Below are positions 27,137 through 37,749 of a DNA stretch of 64,000 nucleotides, one piece after another. Under the pieces are notes generated by a model. It saw only the letters and a list, made by a program, of their open reading frames with translations, did not search any database and was not told where the DNA came from. The position numbers and the translations under genes are program-made. Every line of letters starts with the position of its first letter. Position 1 is the first letter of the stretch. The DNA is from Candidatus Poseidoniales archaeon (GTDB lineage: Archaea; Thermoplasmatota; Poseidoniia; Poseidoniales; Thalassarchaeaceae), in the NCBI GenBank assembly GCA_012964335.1, contig DTUF01000037.1:21411-85410 (forward strand), in the 5' to 3' direction.

Positions 27137-29230
27137 TTACGAGATTTTTAGACGTGTATCACAGCCGTCACATCGTACCCTAGCCGGCCTCTTCATTGTC
27201 TTTACAGCAATAGATTCAGCGCACACAGGGCATCTAACAACAGGGATTTTTACTCGCTTCTTACGGCTTCCCCGACTTGGCATTATCGTGATATAAGCGG
27301 CTTCATCCGCCAATGAGTCATCTAAACTAATTTTTGGAGTTACAACTGCAACAGCCAACATCATTACACCAGCAACGCCCAAAGCAACGAGCATGAAGGC
27401 TAGAGGCAAAGCGAAGAAGTATGAATACCCCCAAACAACTGCGAAAAGTACTGATGTTAACCAGAAACCAACTCTTGGTTTGTCTTTGGTCAATTTACGA
27501 GCTAAAAGGGTAAAGGCAACAAACATTGCAAATGATTGCAATAGGGTGACAAGTGGTGAGTGAGTCAAACTTCCGATTACATATGCTACTCGATAATCTG
27601 ACATTGCTTCTTCTCCTACTAAGGTAGTTTTTGAGACCGTCACAGTTTCTGTGTAAATGAATCGCTTGTGTGAGTAATCTATTCCACTCCCATCAACGGC
27701 TGAGGTTCCAACCATCATTGAAGTTCCCAACCGGGCTTCAATTGTTAACTCAGACCAAAATGGAGTTGCTGATGCTTGTGGTCTAACAAAATTATCGAAA
27801 AGAATGCTCTTTTCTCCTACTTTGATATTTTCAAGTGATTCAATTGTAATGGTGATGGTTGAGTCGCTAAAGCCGTAATCGTCGTTTACATCAATGCTAA
27901 CTGTTGGAGATGCAGCTGCTTCGATTGGCTCAACTCCAAGAAGCCGGCCAGAATCAAGCATCAATCCATCAAACATGAATTGTTTGAGAGAGGATGCTCT
28001 TCCAGATAGATAAGTCTCCAGGGCTTGAACTTCAGATGAATCAACCTGTTGATTGTTATGTGTTGCGTCGGTTGAGGAGCTACCCTGAACCTTTCGCCAC
28101 TGTGACAGTGAGTCTAGCGAATCATTACCGATGTTGTCTAACCCCCATCTCATCCATGTTGCCATAGGGCCTTCTAAGTCAATTTGAGTTGTCCTGCGAA
28201 TGCGGTCACCACCTTGGATTTCAGCATCAATTTTGATACTTAATTTACTTCCACCGCTTCGTAGTGGTTCATCTGCTGGGAATATACCGTATCCAGTACC
28301 GGTACCTCCTCCAAATGCTAACACATAGGAAAATCCTCCACGGAATGGTTGAACCTGTGAATCTGAAACCGTTAATGAGAGATTGACTTCATAGACTCCA
28401 TCTTGAGAAGAATCCGGCGCTTGCCAATTTAGGTATACTTGAGCACCGTCATTATGCATTGTTGCAACTACTGTGTCAACAACCACTCCATCTATCTTGA
28501 ATTCGGTTGTTGATTTTTCCCATATAGCCGCACCGAAACCCGAGCGTAGCACTACTGGAATTTGAACAGAGTGTCCATTCACTACAGCAGGTTGCCAATC
28601 CATCTTTACTAGGGGAATACTAGCTTGAAGATTTGATGCATATTCATCTGTTCCCCAAATAAATCTCACTCCTGCATCATCATCAGGGGAATTGAAGATT
28701 AGGGTTTGAACGCTCAGTACTACAACAACCAACTCTCCGCTAGATAGGATATTGCCTTCCTCATCAATGTCAATAGACACATCTACTGTCCCTAGACCAG
28801 GGCTATAGGCAGGATTGGTGTTCGAGGAGCCACTCCATGACTTACCACCTATCTTCACCTCTGCTGAGACATTTGCTTGAACGCCAGCGGCATTTATCAC
28901 CTCATAATTTACCGATAGTGTCCAAGTTGAAATTGGATAACTTCCGCTAGTTGCCTGAGGGACTCTCCAGCGAGCGATTTCAGTCAGTTGGCTAACTGAA
29001 GAAGTAACCCATACATCTTGTTCAGTAGTTAAATCAACAGAGAATGGACTAAGTGTTCCTTTACCAGTTTCATCGCCTTCACCAAGTAAATAGAAGTCAA
29101 CTTCGACTGAGTCACAGCAAGTAATTTGTGCATCTACCTCACCGATGAGATGGCTATTCGGCAAAGCTGATAATAGGAGGGCTAAAAGGGCGAGAATTGT
29201 GGTTGTACGCTTCAGCATCCGCTTCCCCAT
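27137..29230 (-). CDS. Secreted/membrane-anchored surface protein with C-terminal TM helices and a cytoplasmic zinc ribbon
   Basis: Signal peptide: MGKRMLKRTTTILALLALLLSALP (ATG 29230; the track start at 29338 adds 36 non-signal residues). There are 3 hydrophobic helices near the C-terminus, followed by CPVCAESIAV...RVRCDGCDTRL. Confidence 0.7.
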   Translation of the reverse strand: MGKRMLKRTTTILALLALLLSALPNSHLIGEVDAQITCCDSVEVDFYLLGEGDETGKGTLSPFSVDLTTEQDVWVTSSVSQLTEIARWRVPQATSGSYPISTWTLSVNYEVINAAGVQANVSAEVKIGGKSWSGSSNTNPAYSPGLGTVDVSIDIDEEGNILSSGELVVVVLSVQTLIFNSPDDDAGVRFIWGTDEYASNLQASIPLVKMDWQPAVVNGHSVQIPVVLRSGFGAAIWEKSTTEFKIDGVVVDTVVATMHNDGAQVYLNWQAPDSSQDGVYEVNLSLTVSDSQVQPFRGGFSYVLAFGGGTGTGYGIFPADEPLRSGGSKLSIKIDAEIQGGDRIRRTTQIDLEGPMATWMRWGLDNIGNDSLDSLSQWRKVQGSSSTDATHNNQQVDSSEVQALETYLSGRASSLKQFMFDGLMLDSGRLLGVEPIEAAASPTVSIDVNDDYGFSDSTITITIESLENIKVGEKSILFDNFVRPQASATPFWSELTIEARLGTSMMVGTSAVDGSGIDYSHKRFIYTETVTVSKTTLVGEEAMSDYRVAYVIGSLTHSPLVTLLQSFAMFVAFTLLARKLTKDKPRVGFWLTSVLFAVVWGYSYFFALPLAFMLVALGVAGVMMLAVAVVTPKISLDDSLADEAAYITIMPSRGSRKKRVKIPVVRCPVCAESIAVKTMKRPARVRCDGCDTRLKIS

Positions 29231-29459
29231 TGTGCGTGGGTCCTCATTGGCTCTTTCAAGGCAACGGGTGGTAGGGCCACCAAACAGCAAGTATTTGTGG
29301 TTAAGAATAGTTTGCGAAAGGGGTAAAATAGAATTCACGTGTTACAGTTCCTTAGCGTTTTTACCTCATTTTCTAGTGATATTTCACACTTGTTTCCAAA
29401 ATTAGATATTCCAACAGATTCATGAACCTTAGTGCCCGCCTTGAATTTAGGTACCTATT

Positions 29460-29888
29460 ATGGACGATGTGAAAGTCTCTGACTTGATTTTGACAGATGA
29501 GCATGAAGTAGTTGAAATGGATGCTTCCATTGCTGATGCTTCTCGAAAATTACTTGCCCTTGAGCGAGGTATATTGATTGTTCTTGGTGAAGATAAGAAG
29601 GTAAAAGGAATCGTGACACCCAATCAGGTTCTTTCTGCAATTTCAGATGGTGGAGATGCTAATGATATGACTGTGGGTGAACACATGGATGCAGATGTGA
29701 TGGAAGTTGACGAGAACGACAATGTTGACGACATCATTGTGCAGATGAATGAACGAAAGCCACATGCCGTTGTTGCTGTAGACGCTGATGGTCAGTTTGC
29801 TGGCTACTTTTCACCAGGTGATTACCGAGAGGCCCTTGCTCATATTGAGGCAAGGCCGGCAATCAAGCGTCTTGCTCAGCACGAATAA
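29460..29888 (+). CDS. CBS domain pair protein
   Basis: 142 aa with two CBS-like units (VVEMDASIADASRKLLALERGILIVLGEDKKVKGIVT and DDIIVQMNERKPHAVVAVDADGQFAGYFS). Confidence 0.8.
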   Translation: MDDVKVSDLILTDEHEVVEMDASIADASRKLLALERGILIVLGEDKKVKGIVTPNQVLSAISDGGDANDMTVGEHMDADVMEVDENDNVDDIIVQMNERKPHAVVAVDADGQFAGYFSPGDYREALAHIEARPAIKRLAQHE

Positions 29889-29903
29889 CGATTCTTCAGT
29901 TTG

Positions 29904-30476
29904 TTACTGTGGCGGGTAATGTTGTTGGTTAGAAGGTGCCAAGTCAACGCTTTTCGTTTTGGTGAACATTGACACACCTCCACCTACAACTAGCACAATA
30001 ATTCCTAAAAAGATGGCAAGAATTCCGCCACAAAATGACATGAAATAACCGTCAACGTCGGTTTTTTGTCCAGCTTCTCCATACAATAAGAAAAGGATAT
30101 CATCCGAAGATTCCACAGTTATTTGGCAAGGGCAATCGTAGGCATCAAAATATCCGATTTCAATCCAATCATATTCGCAAGAGGAATCTCCATCTCCAAA
30201 TTCCCTACAATGTTCACCTCGAAACAATTCATTCCCATCAGGATCTGTAATTGACAGATTATGATATCCTTCTCCATTCTTGGCAAATAATTGGTAAGTC
30301 TCGTCAGGAGAAAGAGGCACTGTTTCGTTAATTGTTGAATTGGTTTGCCACTGAATTTCATCTAATGGGTTAACATAATACTGCTTTGCAGATGGCCCTG
30401 CGATAACAAGCGAAGTAATTCCTAGAAGAATTATTATGCCCCCTATTGATAAGATGACTTTTGCGCCTTTGTTCAT
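29904..30476 (-). CDS. Hypothetical membrane protein (two TMs flanking a Cys-containing ectodomain)
   Basis: The N-terminal TM is VILSIGGIIILLGITSLVIAG and the C-terminal TM is FCGGILAIFLGIIVLVVGGGV. ATG 30476 is preferred over the GTG at 30515. Confidence 0.6.
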   Translation of the reverse strand: MNKGAKVILSIGGIIILLGITSLVIAGPSAKQYYVNPLDEIQWQTNSTINETVPLSPDETYQLFAKNGEGYHNLSITDPDGNELFRGEHCREFGDGDSSCEYDWIEIGYFDAYDCPCQITVESSDDILFLLYGEAGQKTDVDGYFMSFCGGILAIFLGIIVLVVGGGVSMFTKTKSVDLAPSNQQHYPPQ

Positions 30477-30551
30477 GGGTGTTCTATATAGCCAAAGGTC
30501 TTGTAACTTACGCACTTCAATAGAATAACCAAATTGGTGTTGATTATTTGC

Positions 30552-32315
30552 TCAAGTGTGAGTCCAAATCATTTGAGTCATGCTTGGGTCCCTGTCGTTT
30601 GGTTCCAAACGGGAAAAACCAATTCGTTCTAGTTGGATAATGGTTCCATTAGGGTAAGAATTCTTTTCAAATAACCCTTCTATATCATCAAGTTGCTCGC
30701 CCTTCTCGTCTGGTCTGAGTAATATGCAATTAGTAGCCATAGCCTCCGTTAGCCAGTGTACAATCGGGCGCTCGTCCGAGCGCTCCATAGAGGTGATTTT
30801 TCCTCTTTTGTTTTCACTGACTTCAACATCAGCGAAGTCTTTGAGGCGGATTCTTCCATCGCTGGCAAGGGCAATATCAAAATCCTCTTTTTCGATATAC
30901 ACTTGCAATCCGCAATCACTCGGAAGTTCCCAACTTCGTACACCCATTTCTTTTTGTAAAGGATGACAAGGAATATCAATTGCATCAGGCAATTCGATTT
31001 CATCACAGTTCAGTGCTAACATCACTGGGTTTTGTATGAATGAAAGTCTAGGAGTTGAAGAATCAATTTCAGTCGAATTATGAGAAATCAATGTTGCTAA
31101 AGGTACTGAGATGTCCTTTTGGGTCAAACTCAATTCAATCCAAAATTTCCTCATTGCTGCAGCAGAAAATCCTCGCCTGCGCAGCGCTCGTACAGTTGGA
31201 AGGCGTGGGTCATCCCAGCCATTATAATCTCCATTTTCAATATCGACCTTCATTTGTGATGTTGAAAAACCACCAAATTCATGAACCTTAACGCGCCCCC
31301 AGTAGAGCGTTTCCGGATAATCCCAACCAGCCATTTCGTAGAGTAATTTTTGTTTCCTCGTTGAGTCCATAAGGTCCTTGCCACGAATAATGTGAGTTAC
31401 TTCTTGGATGTGGTCCTCAACGGCGCTTTGGAAATCTAAAAGCGGCCAAACTCGATATTTTTCACCTACTTTGGGGTGAGGCGATCTCTGAATTCTTAAC
31501 GCCGGCCAATCTCGTAGTGCTGGGTTCTTATGATTCATCCCAGTTCTGACTCTAACTACGGCATCACCTTCGTTGAACCCTCCTTCAGGGTCGTTCATTT
31601 GATTCCACAAATCACTATTCTTGAGAGCGCTATTAGCGCGGCAAGGACATTCTTGTTGTTCAATTCTAAGTTGTTTGAAATCATCCGCTGTGCATTTGCA
31701 GACATACATGTAATCATCATCAATGAATTGTTTTGCGTGGGCCATGTATTCAGGCATCCTCTCTGAGGCCTCTAGAATAATGTCAGGCTTTCTCCCTGCT
31801 AACCAGGTGAAATCTTCCTTAATCCAGTCATAGGCTTTCAAATCTGGACGTTTTATTTTAGTGTCTGTATCATCGAACCTAAGAATCATTTTCCCGTTAT
31901 ACATTTCCGCATACTGAGAATTGATAATGACACCTCGGCTATGGCCTAGAGTTAGTGGCCCATTTGGATTGGGAGCGAAGCGTAAAATCACATCACCTTT
32001 GACAGCATTGGGTAATTCAGGCAGACCTTCTCGGCGTTCTTTTACCCGCTTTTCAAGAGCTTCAGGCGCTTCAGCTTCCAACACCGCTTTGACTGCTTCT
32101 GCACCTTCATCATGCCACAATTGATTTGCTTCCTCAATTGCTGGGCCAAGCACACCAAACAGATGCTTTGCGTGCTGGCGAAGTTCCGCGACTTCGCCAA
32201 GAATTCTACCTTGAACAGAAGCGGCTTGTCCTTTGCCATCATATTCAAGGGCATTTTGCATCGCATATTTGCGAATTAAGCGAATTGTGTCCTCATCGGG
32301 AATCCAATCGCTCAT
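30552..32315 (-). CDS. gltX: Glutamyl-tRNA synthetase (archaeal/eukaryal type)
   Basis: Contains RFAPNPNGPLTLGHSRG (HIGH region), the class I core FDDTD and WPLLDFQSAVEDH, and the typical N-terminus MSDW..IRKYAMQNALEYDGKGQA. The track ORF (to 32513) overlaps rnhB by 140 nt, so I moved the start to ATG 32315; ATG 32348 is also possible. Confidence 0.9.
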   Translation of the reverse strand: MSDWIPDEDTIRLIRKYAMQNALEYDGKGQAASVQGRILGEVAELRQHAKHLFGVLGPAIEEANQLWHDEGAEAVKAVLEAEAPEALEKRVKERREGLPELPNAVKGDVILRFAPNPNGPLTLGHSRGVIINSQYAEMYNGKMILRFDDTDTKIKRPDLKAYDWIKEDFTWLAGRKPDIILEASERMPEYMAHAKQFIDDDYMYVCKCTADDFKQLRIEQQECPCRANSALKNSDLWNQMNDPEGGFNEGDAVVRVRTGMNHKNPALRDWPALRIQRSPHPKVGEKYRVWPLLDFQSAVEDHIQEVTHIIRGKDLMDSTRKQKLLYEMAGWDYPETLYWGRVKVHEFGGFSTSQMKVDIENGDYNGWDDPRLPTVRALRRRGFSAAAMRKFWIELSLTQKDISVPLATLISHNSTEIDSSTPRLSFIQNPVMLALNCDEIELPDAIDIPCHPLQKEMGVRSWELPSDCGLQVYIEKEDFDIALASDGRIRLKDFADVEVSENKRGKITSMERSDERPIVHWLTEAMATNCILLRPDEKGEQLDDIEGLFEKNSYPNGTIIQLERIGFSRLEPNDRDPSMTQMIWTHT

Positions 32316-32373
32316 GTCCTGTCGGCCTTGGCTACACCTCTTGAGCATATCCGGATAATTTGCCCCTACAGGC

Positions 32374-33111
32374 TCAATAATCCAACAGATTCCGCTCTTT
32401 GAACAAAGGCGTTCCACGCGGCCTAGTAGGTATTGGTGAGGTGTGAGTCTCTTTCCAGACATTTTGTGTTGTTTTCCATTTCCATCGTAACATCTGATGA
32501 GGTGATGCACCACTAACTAATTGTGGTAATATCTCCCTAGTGTATGGGTCGGAGGGATAACCCGAGCCAAACTGTATTGACTCCTCTTGCTTTAATTTCT
32601 CAATGAAGGTGTCACGTTCTTGTTTTGCTATAATTGATGCAGCGCCTACTACCAAATGTATAGCATCAGCACCATGCTCACTAGTAATTTTCCAGTTTTC
32701 CCACGGCCAACCATGTAGTCTTGCTCCAATGTTGTCACCAAACCGTTGTTCATTAACATCACAAGCATCAAGATGTAGAATCCCTCCATTTTCACCATTT
32801 GAAGGCAGAATTTGGTTAGCAACATGGGCAAACATTTCAACTTCTAAGTCGTTAAGTGACCTAGATTCCATCCAGTTATCAATGTGATATGGCATGGCAT
32901 TTAGGACTTCAATACTCCAGCCTCTATGTTGTGATTGTTCATACAACCAGTCGTAGCATTCCGACCTCCGCTCAGGTGATAATTTCTTAGAATCATCAAT
33001 TCCTTGTTGCTCAAGTAATGAGATATCCGATTGAGGAATGGCAACAATCGCTACCACTAGTGGGCCAATACATGGGCCTCGGCCGGCCTCATCAATTCCA
33101 GCAACCCACAT
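32374..33111 (-). CDS. rnhB: Ribonuclease HII
   Basis: The N-terminus MWVAGIDEAGRGPCIGPLVVAIV is the canonical RNase HII motif. DDSKKLS and HLDACD are also present. Confidence 0.9.
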   Translation of the reverse strand: MWVAGIDEAGRGPCIGPLVVAIVAIPQSDISLLEQQGIDDSKKLSPERRSECYDWLYEQSQHRGWSIEVLNAMPYHIDNWMESRSLNDLEVEMFAHVANQILPSNGENGGILHLDACDVNEQRFGDNIGARLHGWPWENWKITSEHGADAIHLVVGAASIIAKQERDTFIEKLKQEESIQFGSGYPSDPYTREILPQLVSGASPHQMLRWKWKTTQNVWKETHTSPIPTRPRGTPLFKERNLLDY

Positions 33112-33120
33112 CTTGTCATC

Positions 33121-35463
33121 TCAGAGGTCAAGGTCTAATTCGTCGCCTTGTACCGCTTCGGCTGGAGAGGTGGCGGTGTGTGAATCCTTCGCTTTCTTTG
33201 GTGATGAACCGCTTTTACTAGGTGATTTTGACGTTGGTTTTAGGTATTTTGAGCCGGGTTGACGCTTAGGTTTCCTCACGGTTCTTCCTGATTCTTGCTC
33301 AGCCTTGTCAAGTAATTCGTTTGCAGGATGTGCATTCTTTTCATTGACCAACTCACCAGCTAAGTCATCTAGTAAGTCACCTTCTATACTTGTTTCATGA
33401 TGTTCAAGAACTGTTTTAGCAGCATCAAGGAGGACTTCCGATGGCTTTTCTTTTTCCACGCTCTTGGGTGGGGCCTTGGATGTGAACAAATCTTGAAACA
33501 CCTTGGCAGCAATTCTTGGCGCTTCAACTACAGTTCCAATAATTCCTTTGTTTTCTTCAACACCCTTATTGTCAAATTTTCCCATCCATTGTTCTGGCTT
33601 TTCAGGTGCGGCTGGTTCCGCTGCTGCTAACTTAGCCTTCCATAACGCATCTTTTGCTGCCCTATGTTTAAGCGCCTGTAAAAGCCCAAGTGACCCCGCT
33701 AGAATTACTAGGATAGTCATTACCAAGCCATTATATTGATTCCATAAATTTGCAGCAGCAATTTCAAATTTAACCCAAGCGGAATCTTCGTGAATATTTT
33801 CAGGTCGCCATGATTCAGCTAGATATTCTGCTTTTGTCTCGTTTACAAAAATGATGTCAGGTCTTAAGACACTCTGCATTTCTACAGTCATTGTAATTGT
33901 CCCATTTGCTTCAGAGTTACGTGGGATGTGCATCCAAGATCGGAAAGTGAAGTTGACTCCTGGCGGAATTTGTTCGATTTCAAAGTAACGAGGAGCACCT
34001 GTCAAAGAACCATGTTCTGCTTGCTCAGGGGGGATGAAACCATATTCTACATTCATATCTACATGTAAACTAACCTGTAAACCATCATTTCCATTGCCTA
34101 GATTTCTCATTGTAAATGCAACAGAAACATTGTCATTTGAATCAGTACTACTCTCTACTGCTTGTAATTCCCAATTAACCAAAGGAGCAACTCGTAATCC
34201 AATGGTTTGACTACCAAGAATTTCACCTGAAACTAGTTTCAATGTGATTGTGACCGAACCATGAGAAAATGCTGGGACCATCTCTTGAACAGTCAGTGTT
34301 AGTATTGCAGCCTCTTTGGTTTCATCTTTGTTTACTACCGTCGTATGTTGGCTTAGTTCAGCGCTCAACCAACTTTCTTTTTCAACATATATTTCAAATG
34401 AATCTTCAAAATTTCCGGTATTGCTTATACTAATTGTAGCGCTACAACTTTGTTCAGGAGATACATCACTATCATCACAATTATCCTCTACAAATAATTC
34501 ACCTCCTCGTTCCCAAACTATGGTTGAATCAATGGTGATCATTACTCTCTGAGTTGGATTGTAATTGCTCCATGCCACTATTCCAACCTTCATATATCCA
34601 GAAGATAGAGAAGGTGGATGGATATCGATATCAATAGTGGTTTGAAAATTTGCTCCCATACCATTTCCACCCTGCCCATTTAGGTTGTGAGCATTGTATA
34701 TGCCGACCCACCACCCATCGTGTTGATAGGAAATATTTTGCTCATGTTGATAGGACTGTTCTGGGGTAAATCCTGGCAACGGTAAATTATTGGAATCTAA
34801 GGGCACTACACGCGCAACCAGTTGTGCGGGTGAATTTCCAGTATTCCGTAGGGTCAGCGTAATTCTCTCTAATTTACCAGGCTCTAAACTAATATTACTG
34901 TTCGGAGAATCAAATTTCGCTTGGAACCATTCATCTGGTTCTAATGTGAAATTATATTTGACCTGAGCACTATCTAGGCTAGAAATAGCAGTCAACTGAA
35001 ACGGATGCCTCACAAAAGCCAGAGGAGCCCCATCTACAACGGGTGGGACTGTAATCGTATATTGCGGCCATCCTAATTCTCCTGATGAAATAACGATTTG
35101 ATATGGTTGGTGGCAAGGGATGACTGTGCCGAACCAGATACAATCCCAGCCAACATCACTGGTGAGGATAAAATCAACCGCATCACTAACATTTGCTCCA
35201 TTAGTGATGTTAATTGACATAGTCAGCGGTGTATCAACAGACGCAAATGCGTTTAGACCAGAATTTGGCCCCCAAGTTAGGTTACTTGTTGAGTTATTTG
35301 AGTTGTGTGATGTTCCAGCGGTTGAGGATTCAACAAGTGAGGTGGCTTTCTGATTATGAGTATTATCTGTCTCAAGTACAGGAAGTATAGATACAGTTAG
35401 CACAAGAATTAGTGTCAGTATCGGTGGTAAAAGCGACCTGTGCATGGTTCTCGGACTTGGCAT
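33121..35463 (-). CDS. Type I membrane surface protein with CARDB-like domains and a Lys-rich cytoplasmic tail
   Basis: Signal/anchor: MHRSLLPPILTLILVLTVSILPVL. Repeated xxNxGNxxD motifs are LTLRNTGNSPAQL, ISISNTGNFEDSFEIYV and FTMRNLGNGNDGLQVSL. The C-terminal TM is LVMTILVILAGSLGLLQAL, followed by a tail of about 190 aa. The start is ATG 35463 or 35445; the track GTG is at 35499. Confidence 0.75.
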   Translation of the reverse strand: MPSPRTMHRSLLPPILTLILVLTVSILPVLETDNTHNQKATSLVESSTAGTSHNSNNSTSNLTWGPNSGLNAFASVDTPLTMSINITNGANVSDAVDFILTSDVGWDCIWFGTVIPCHQPYQIVISSGELGWPQYTITVPPVVDGAPLAFVRHPFQLTAISSLDSAQVKYNFTLEPDEWFQAKFDSPNSNISLEPGKLERITLTLRNTGNSPAQLVARVVPLDSNNLPLPGFTPEQSYQHEQNISYQHDGWWVGIYNAHNLNGQGGNGMGANFQTTIDIDIHPPSLSSGYMKVGIVAWSNYNPTQRVMITIDSTIVWERGGELFVEDNCDDSDVSPEQSCSATISISNTGNFEDSFEIYVEKESWLSAELSQHTTVVNKDETKEAAILTLTVQEMVPAFSHGSVTITLKLVSGEILGSQTIGLRVAPLVNWELQAVESSTDSNDNVSVAFTMRNLGNGNDGLQVSLHVDMNVEYGFIPPEQAEHGSLTGAPRYFEIEQIPPGVNFTFRSWMHIPRNSEANGTITMTVEMQSVLRPDIIFVNETKAEYLAESWRPENIHEDSAWVKFEIAAANLWNQYNGLVMTILVILAGSLGLLQALKHRAAKDALWKAKLAAAEPAAPEKPEQWMGKFDNKGVEENKGIIGTVVEAPRIAAKVFQDLFTSKAPPKSVEKEKPSEVLLDAAKTVLEHHETSIEGDLLDDLAGELVNEKNAHPANELLDKAEQESGRTVRKPKRQPGSKYLKPTSKSPSKSGSSPKKAKDSHTATSPAEAVQGDELDLDL

Positions 35464-35570
35464 GGTTCTTGAAGAGTTGCTCCGGCTTGTGTGCGGCACA
35501 AGTCATTTTTTGTCCCTTTTCTATGATTCCAAGCACACATTCTAAGATGAGATACCATGTTAGGCTCATT

Positions 35571-35960
35571 ATGGGGAGTATATGGCCATTCAAGAAAAAG
35601 TCGGCCGAGGCCGAAGGGCAAAAAATTGTCACGTATAGTAAGGATGACCATCACGCAGAGGAAATAATGACAGATCGAAGTCATATTGAGGATGACCAAT
35701 ATCAAGCCGCCCTTGACTTATTGACAAATCCCCACCTTGGTGGTGAGTCTAGTGGCGTGGTTGCGGAAACCAAAGTTGTTGATTCACCACAAAATGAAGA
35801 AACAGTTGACTTATTGGAAACAGTTATTGATGATGAATCGGAAGGCGAATACCAGGAGAGTGATGACGGCTATTGGTATCTAAAGAACGATGATGGGACT
35901 TTTGAAGAGACAGCTCACGTGAAAGCCGACGATGGTTCTTTCAGCCCTTATTCCGAGTAA
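35571..35960 (+). CDS. Small acidic hypothetical protein (start uncertain)
   Basis: The track ORF starts at 35412, inside the divergent gene, and that portion looks non-protein-like. From ATG 35571 it reads MGSIWPFKKKSAEAEGQ...DDGYWYLKNDDGTFEETAHVKADDGSFSPYSE. No family recognised and no SD. Confidence 0.4.
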   Translation: MGSIWPFKKKSAEAEGQKIVTYSKDDHHAEEIMTDRSHIEDDQYQAALDLLTNPHLGGESSGVVAETKVVDSPQNEETVDLLETVIDDESEGEYQESDDGYWYLKNDDGTFEETAHVKADDGSFSPYSE

Positions 35961-35974
35961 TTGAAAAATCCAAT

Positions 35975-37735
35975 TCAATGGACCGGGTCTGGAATTAGTC
36001 TTTCAAGCGCCCGAACATCAAATTCACCAGCCTGAATTGGAACTCTTAGTTCAAATAAGTCAGCAACAGCAGGGTCTATTTCACCGAAACTACCTACCCT
36101 TTGACCATTGATTAGTACATCTGCACCTCGTCCTTCTAACCAAGGCCCATCTGCCGATTTTGTTGCCTTATAGGTGACTTCAAGTTCTTCCTGTTCAACT
36201 CCTAAATCCCTAAGAATTGCTTGGGCAATGCCCTTTGCACCTGTAAATCCAGTGCCTACTTCTGCACAACCCCAGGCCACCATGTCGTTGTTATGATGAT
36301 CATGTACAACAGTTCCTAACTCATACACCCTTTGAGGTAGTTCATGGTGACGGTTTGCGGCTAAAAGTCTGAGCAAACTTGGAAGAATGTATTGTCGCAT
36401 TATCGTATGTTCAATAGTAATTGGATTATGTAATTCGGTAACATCACCGAGGTGTTTTTGTCGCATTTTTGTAAATTGGTCATCTTCATTAGATAACGTG
36501 AGTGATTGAATCTGTTGTAATCCACAACCCTGCAAACTCTCTCTAATTCTCCTATGGAGAGTCATCTTAGTAAGTGGTTTTCCAGCAATGCTTTGCATTG
36601 AAGTTGCAACCCCTAGATCTTCGTAACCAATCCCTGTGGCAATTTCTTCTACTAAATCAACAGGGTGAAGGATGTCAGAGCGCCATCTTGGCATTTCAAT
36701 TAGATATTCATCGCTGCCAACTTCTGCATCGGCCCATCTGTCTGAAACGAGTGGTCCATCCGTGACCACACGTCTACGAATGAAGCGGCCACCCATTCGA
36801 TTGATTGCATCAGAAATCTCGGAATCACTAAACTCTCTTCCAAGTACTTTTTCTAGAAGTGATTTTGGCAATTTATGAGTTATTGGTGACCCGTTAGGAC
36901 AAATTGATTCATCTCCATTCCAGCCTGTTAACTCAATACCTTCAATGGTGCCGCCACGAATGGCCATTGATAGGCATACTAGAAGTAAAGACGATTCACA
37001 TGCTTTTTCATCCCAGCCAGTTACATCAATGAAGAAATCCCTAGTTTCTGGGGTTACTGTGGTATGAGCACCATTGATTATGGGGGGAAAGGAAAGAACA
37101 TCTCCTGAAGAGTCTAGAATCACTGGGAATTTTTCAAACCCGTCAAGTAGATGAGCGTAATCTACACCTTTTGGGTGCTTGTTTAGAATTTCTGAAATTG
37201 ACATCTCATTGTCCATTGCAAGTGGTATAAATTTGTAATTTGAATCAACCGTAACAACTCGGAAAGGTGGCTGAAGTTTTGATAGGTCGTGGACTCCAAT
37301 AGAGGAACGTCTTCTTCCCCTTCCTAATGCGAAGTGCAACTTTTCTTGATGGTCCATCAATCCCTGAATGAATTGGTCCCGTGCTTCGCTGGTGTGGCCA
37401 GTATCTACTCCTCGCACCACTGCACCATAGATAATTGGGCGTACATTTTCCAAAGACGAGTCAACAGTCATCGTGATTGGGCCAGTAGTGACTGGTAGTG
37501 TTGGTTCAGCATCTGCATTATGCAGGAAAGTTCTGGTGGCATAAGCCATAGTTTCTGCACTAAGGAGGTCTGGGCGGTCTGGGAAAACTTCAATTTCAAC
37601 AGTAGTTTCATCACATTCTTCGACTACACAGCCAATTTTATCCAATTTGTCTCGCCATAATTCAGGGTCGTGAGTGATGTTAGCACCTAACTGAAGGATG
37701 TGCAGGTTTTGGTGCTCAAAAGTGACGGTTGGCAT
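35975..37735 (-). CDS. pheT: Phenylalanyl-tRNA synthetase beta subunit (archaeal type)
   Basis: Starts MPTVTFEH... Length and B3/4-B5-core pattern fit (RRSSIGVHDL, FPPIINGAHTTVT, MPRWRSDILHPVDLVEEIA, NPITIEHTIMRQYILPSLL). A strong SD (GGAGGAAGGTGGT) lies immediately upstream of ATG 37735. Confidence 0.9.
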   Translation of the reverse strand: MPTVTFEHQNLHILQLGANITHDPELWRDKLDKIGCVVEECDETTVEIEVFPDRPDLLSAETMAYATRTFLHNADAEPTLPVTTGPITMTVDSSLENVRPIIYGAVVRGVDTGHTSEARDQFIQGLMDHQEKLHFALGRGRRRSSIGVHDLSKLQPPFRVVTVDSNYKFIPLAMDNEMSISEILNKHPKGVDYAHLLDGFEKFPVILDSSGDVLSFPPIINGAHTTVTPETRDFFIDVTGWDEKACESSLLLVCLSMAIRGGTIEGIELTGWNGDESICPNGSPITHKLPKSLLEKVLGREFSDSEISDAINRMGGRFIRRRVVTDGPLVSDRWADAEVGSDEYLIEMPRWRSDILHPVDLVEEIATGIGYEDLGVATSMQSIAGKPLTKMTLHRRIRESLQGCGLQQIQSLTLSNEDDQFTKMRQKHLGDVTELHNPITIEHTIMRQYILPSLLRLLAANRHHELPQRVYELGTVVHDHHNNDMVAWGCAEVGTGFTGAKGIAQAILRDLGVEQEELEVTYKATKSADGPWLEGRGADVLINGQRVGSFGEIDPAVADLFELRVPIQAGEFDVRALERLIPDPVH

Positions 37736-37748
37736 ACCACCTTCCTCC
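37736..37748 (-). promoter_or_regulatory. Shine-Dalgarno region GGAGGAAGGTGGT directly upstream of the pheT ATG
   Basis: The reverse complement of 37736-37748 reads GGAGGAAGGTGGT and is followed by the ATG at 37735. Confidence 0.5.
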
Positions 37749-37749
37749 T

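Noticed and set aside
32316-32513. 66-aa N-terminal extension of the gltX ORF as listed in the track
   Set aside because: It overlaps the 3' end of rnhB by 140 nt, and the extension (MVHHLIRCYDGNGKQHK...) is unlike GluRS N-termini. The conserved family N-terminus begins at the ATG at 32315.
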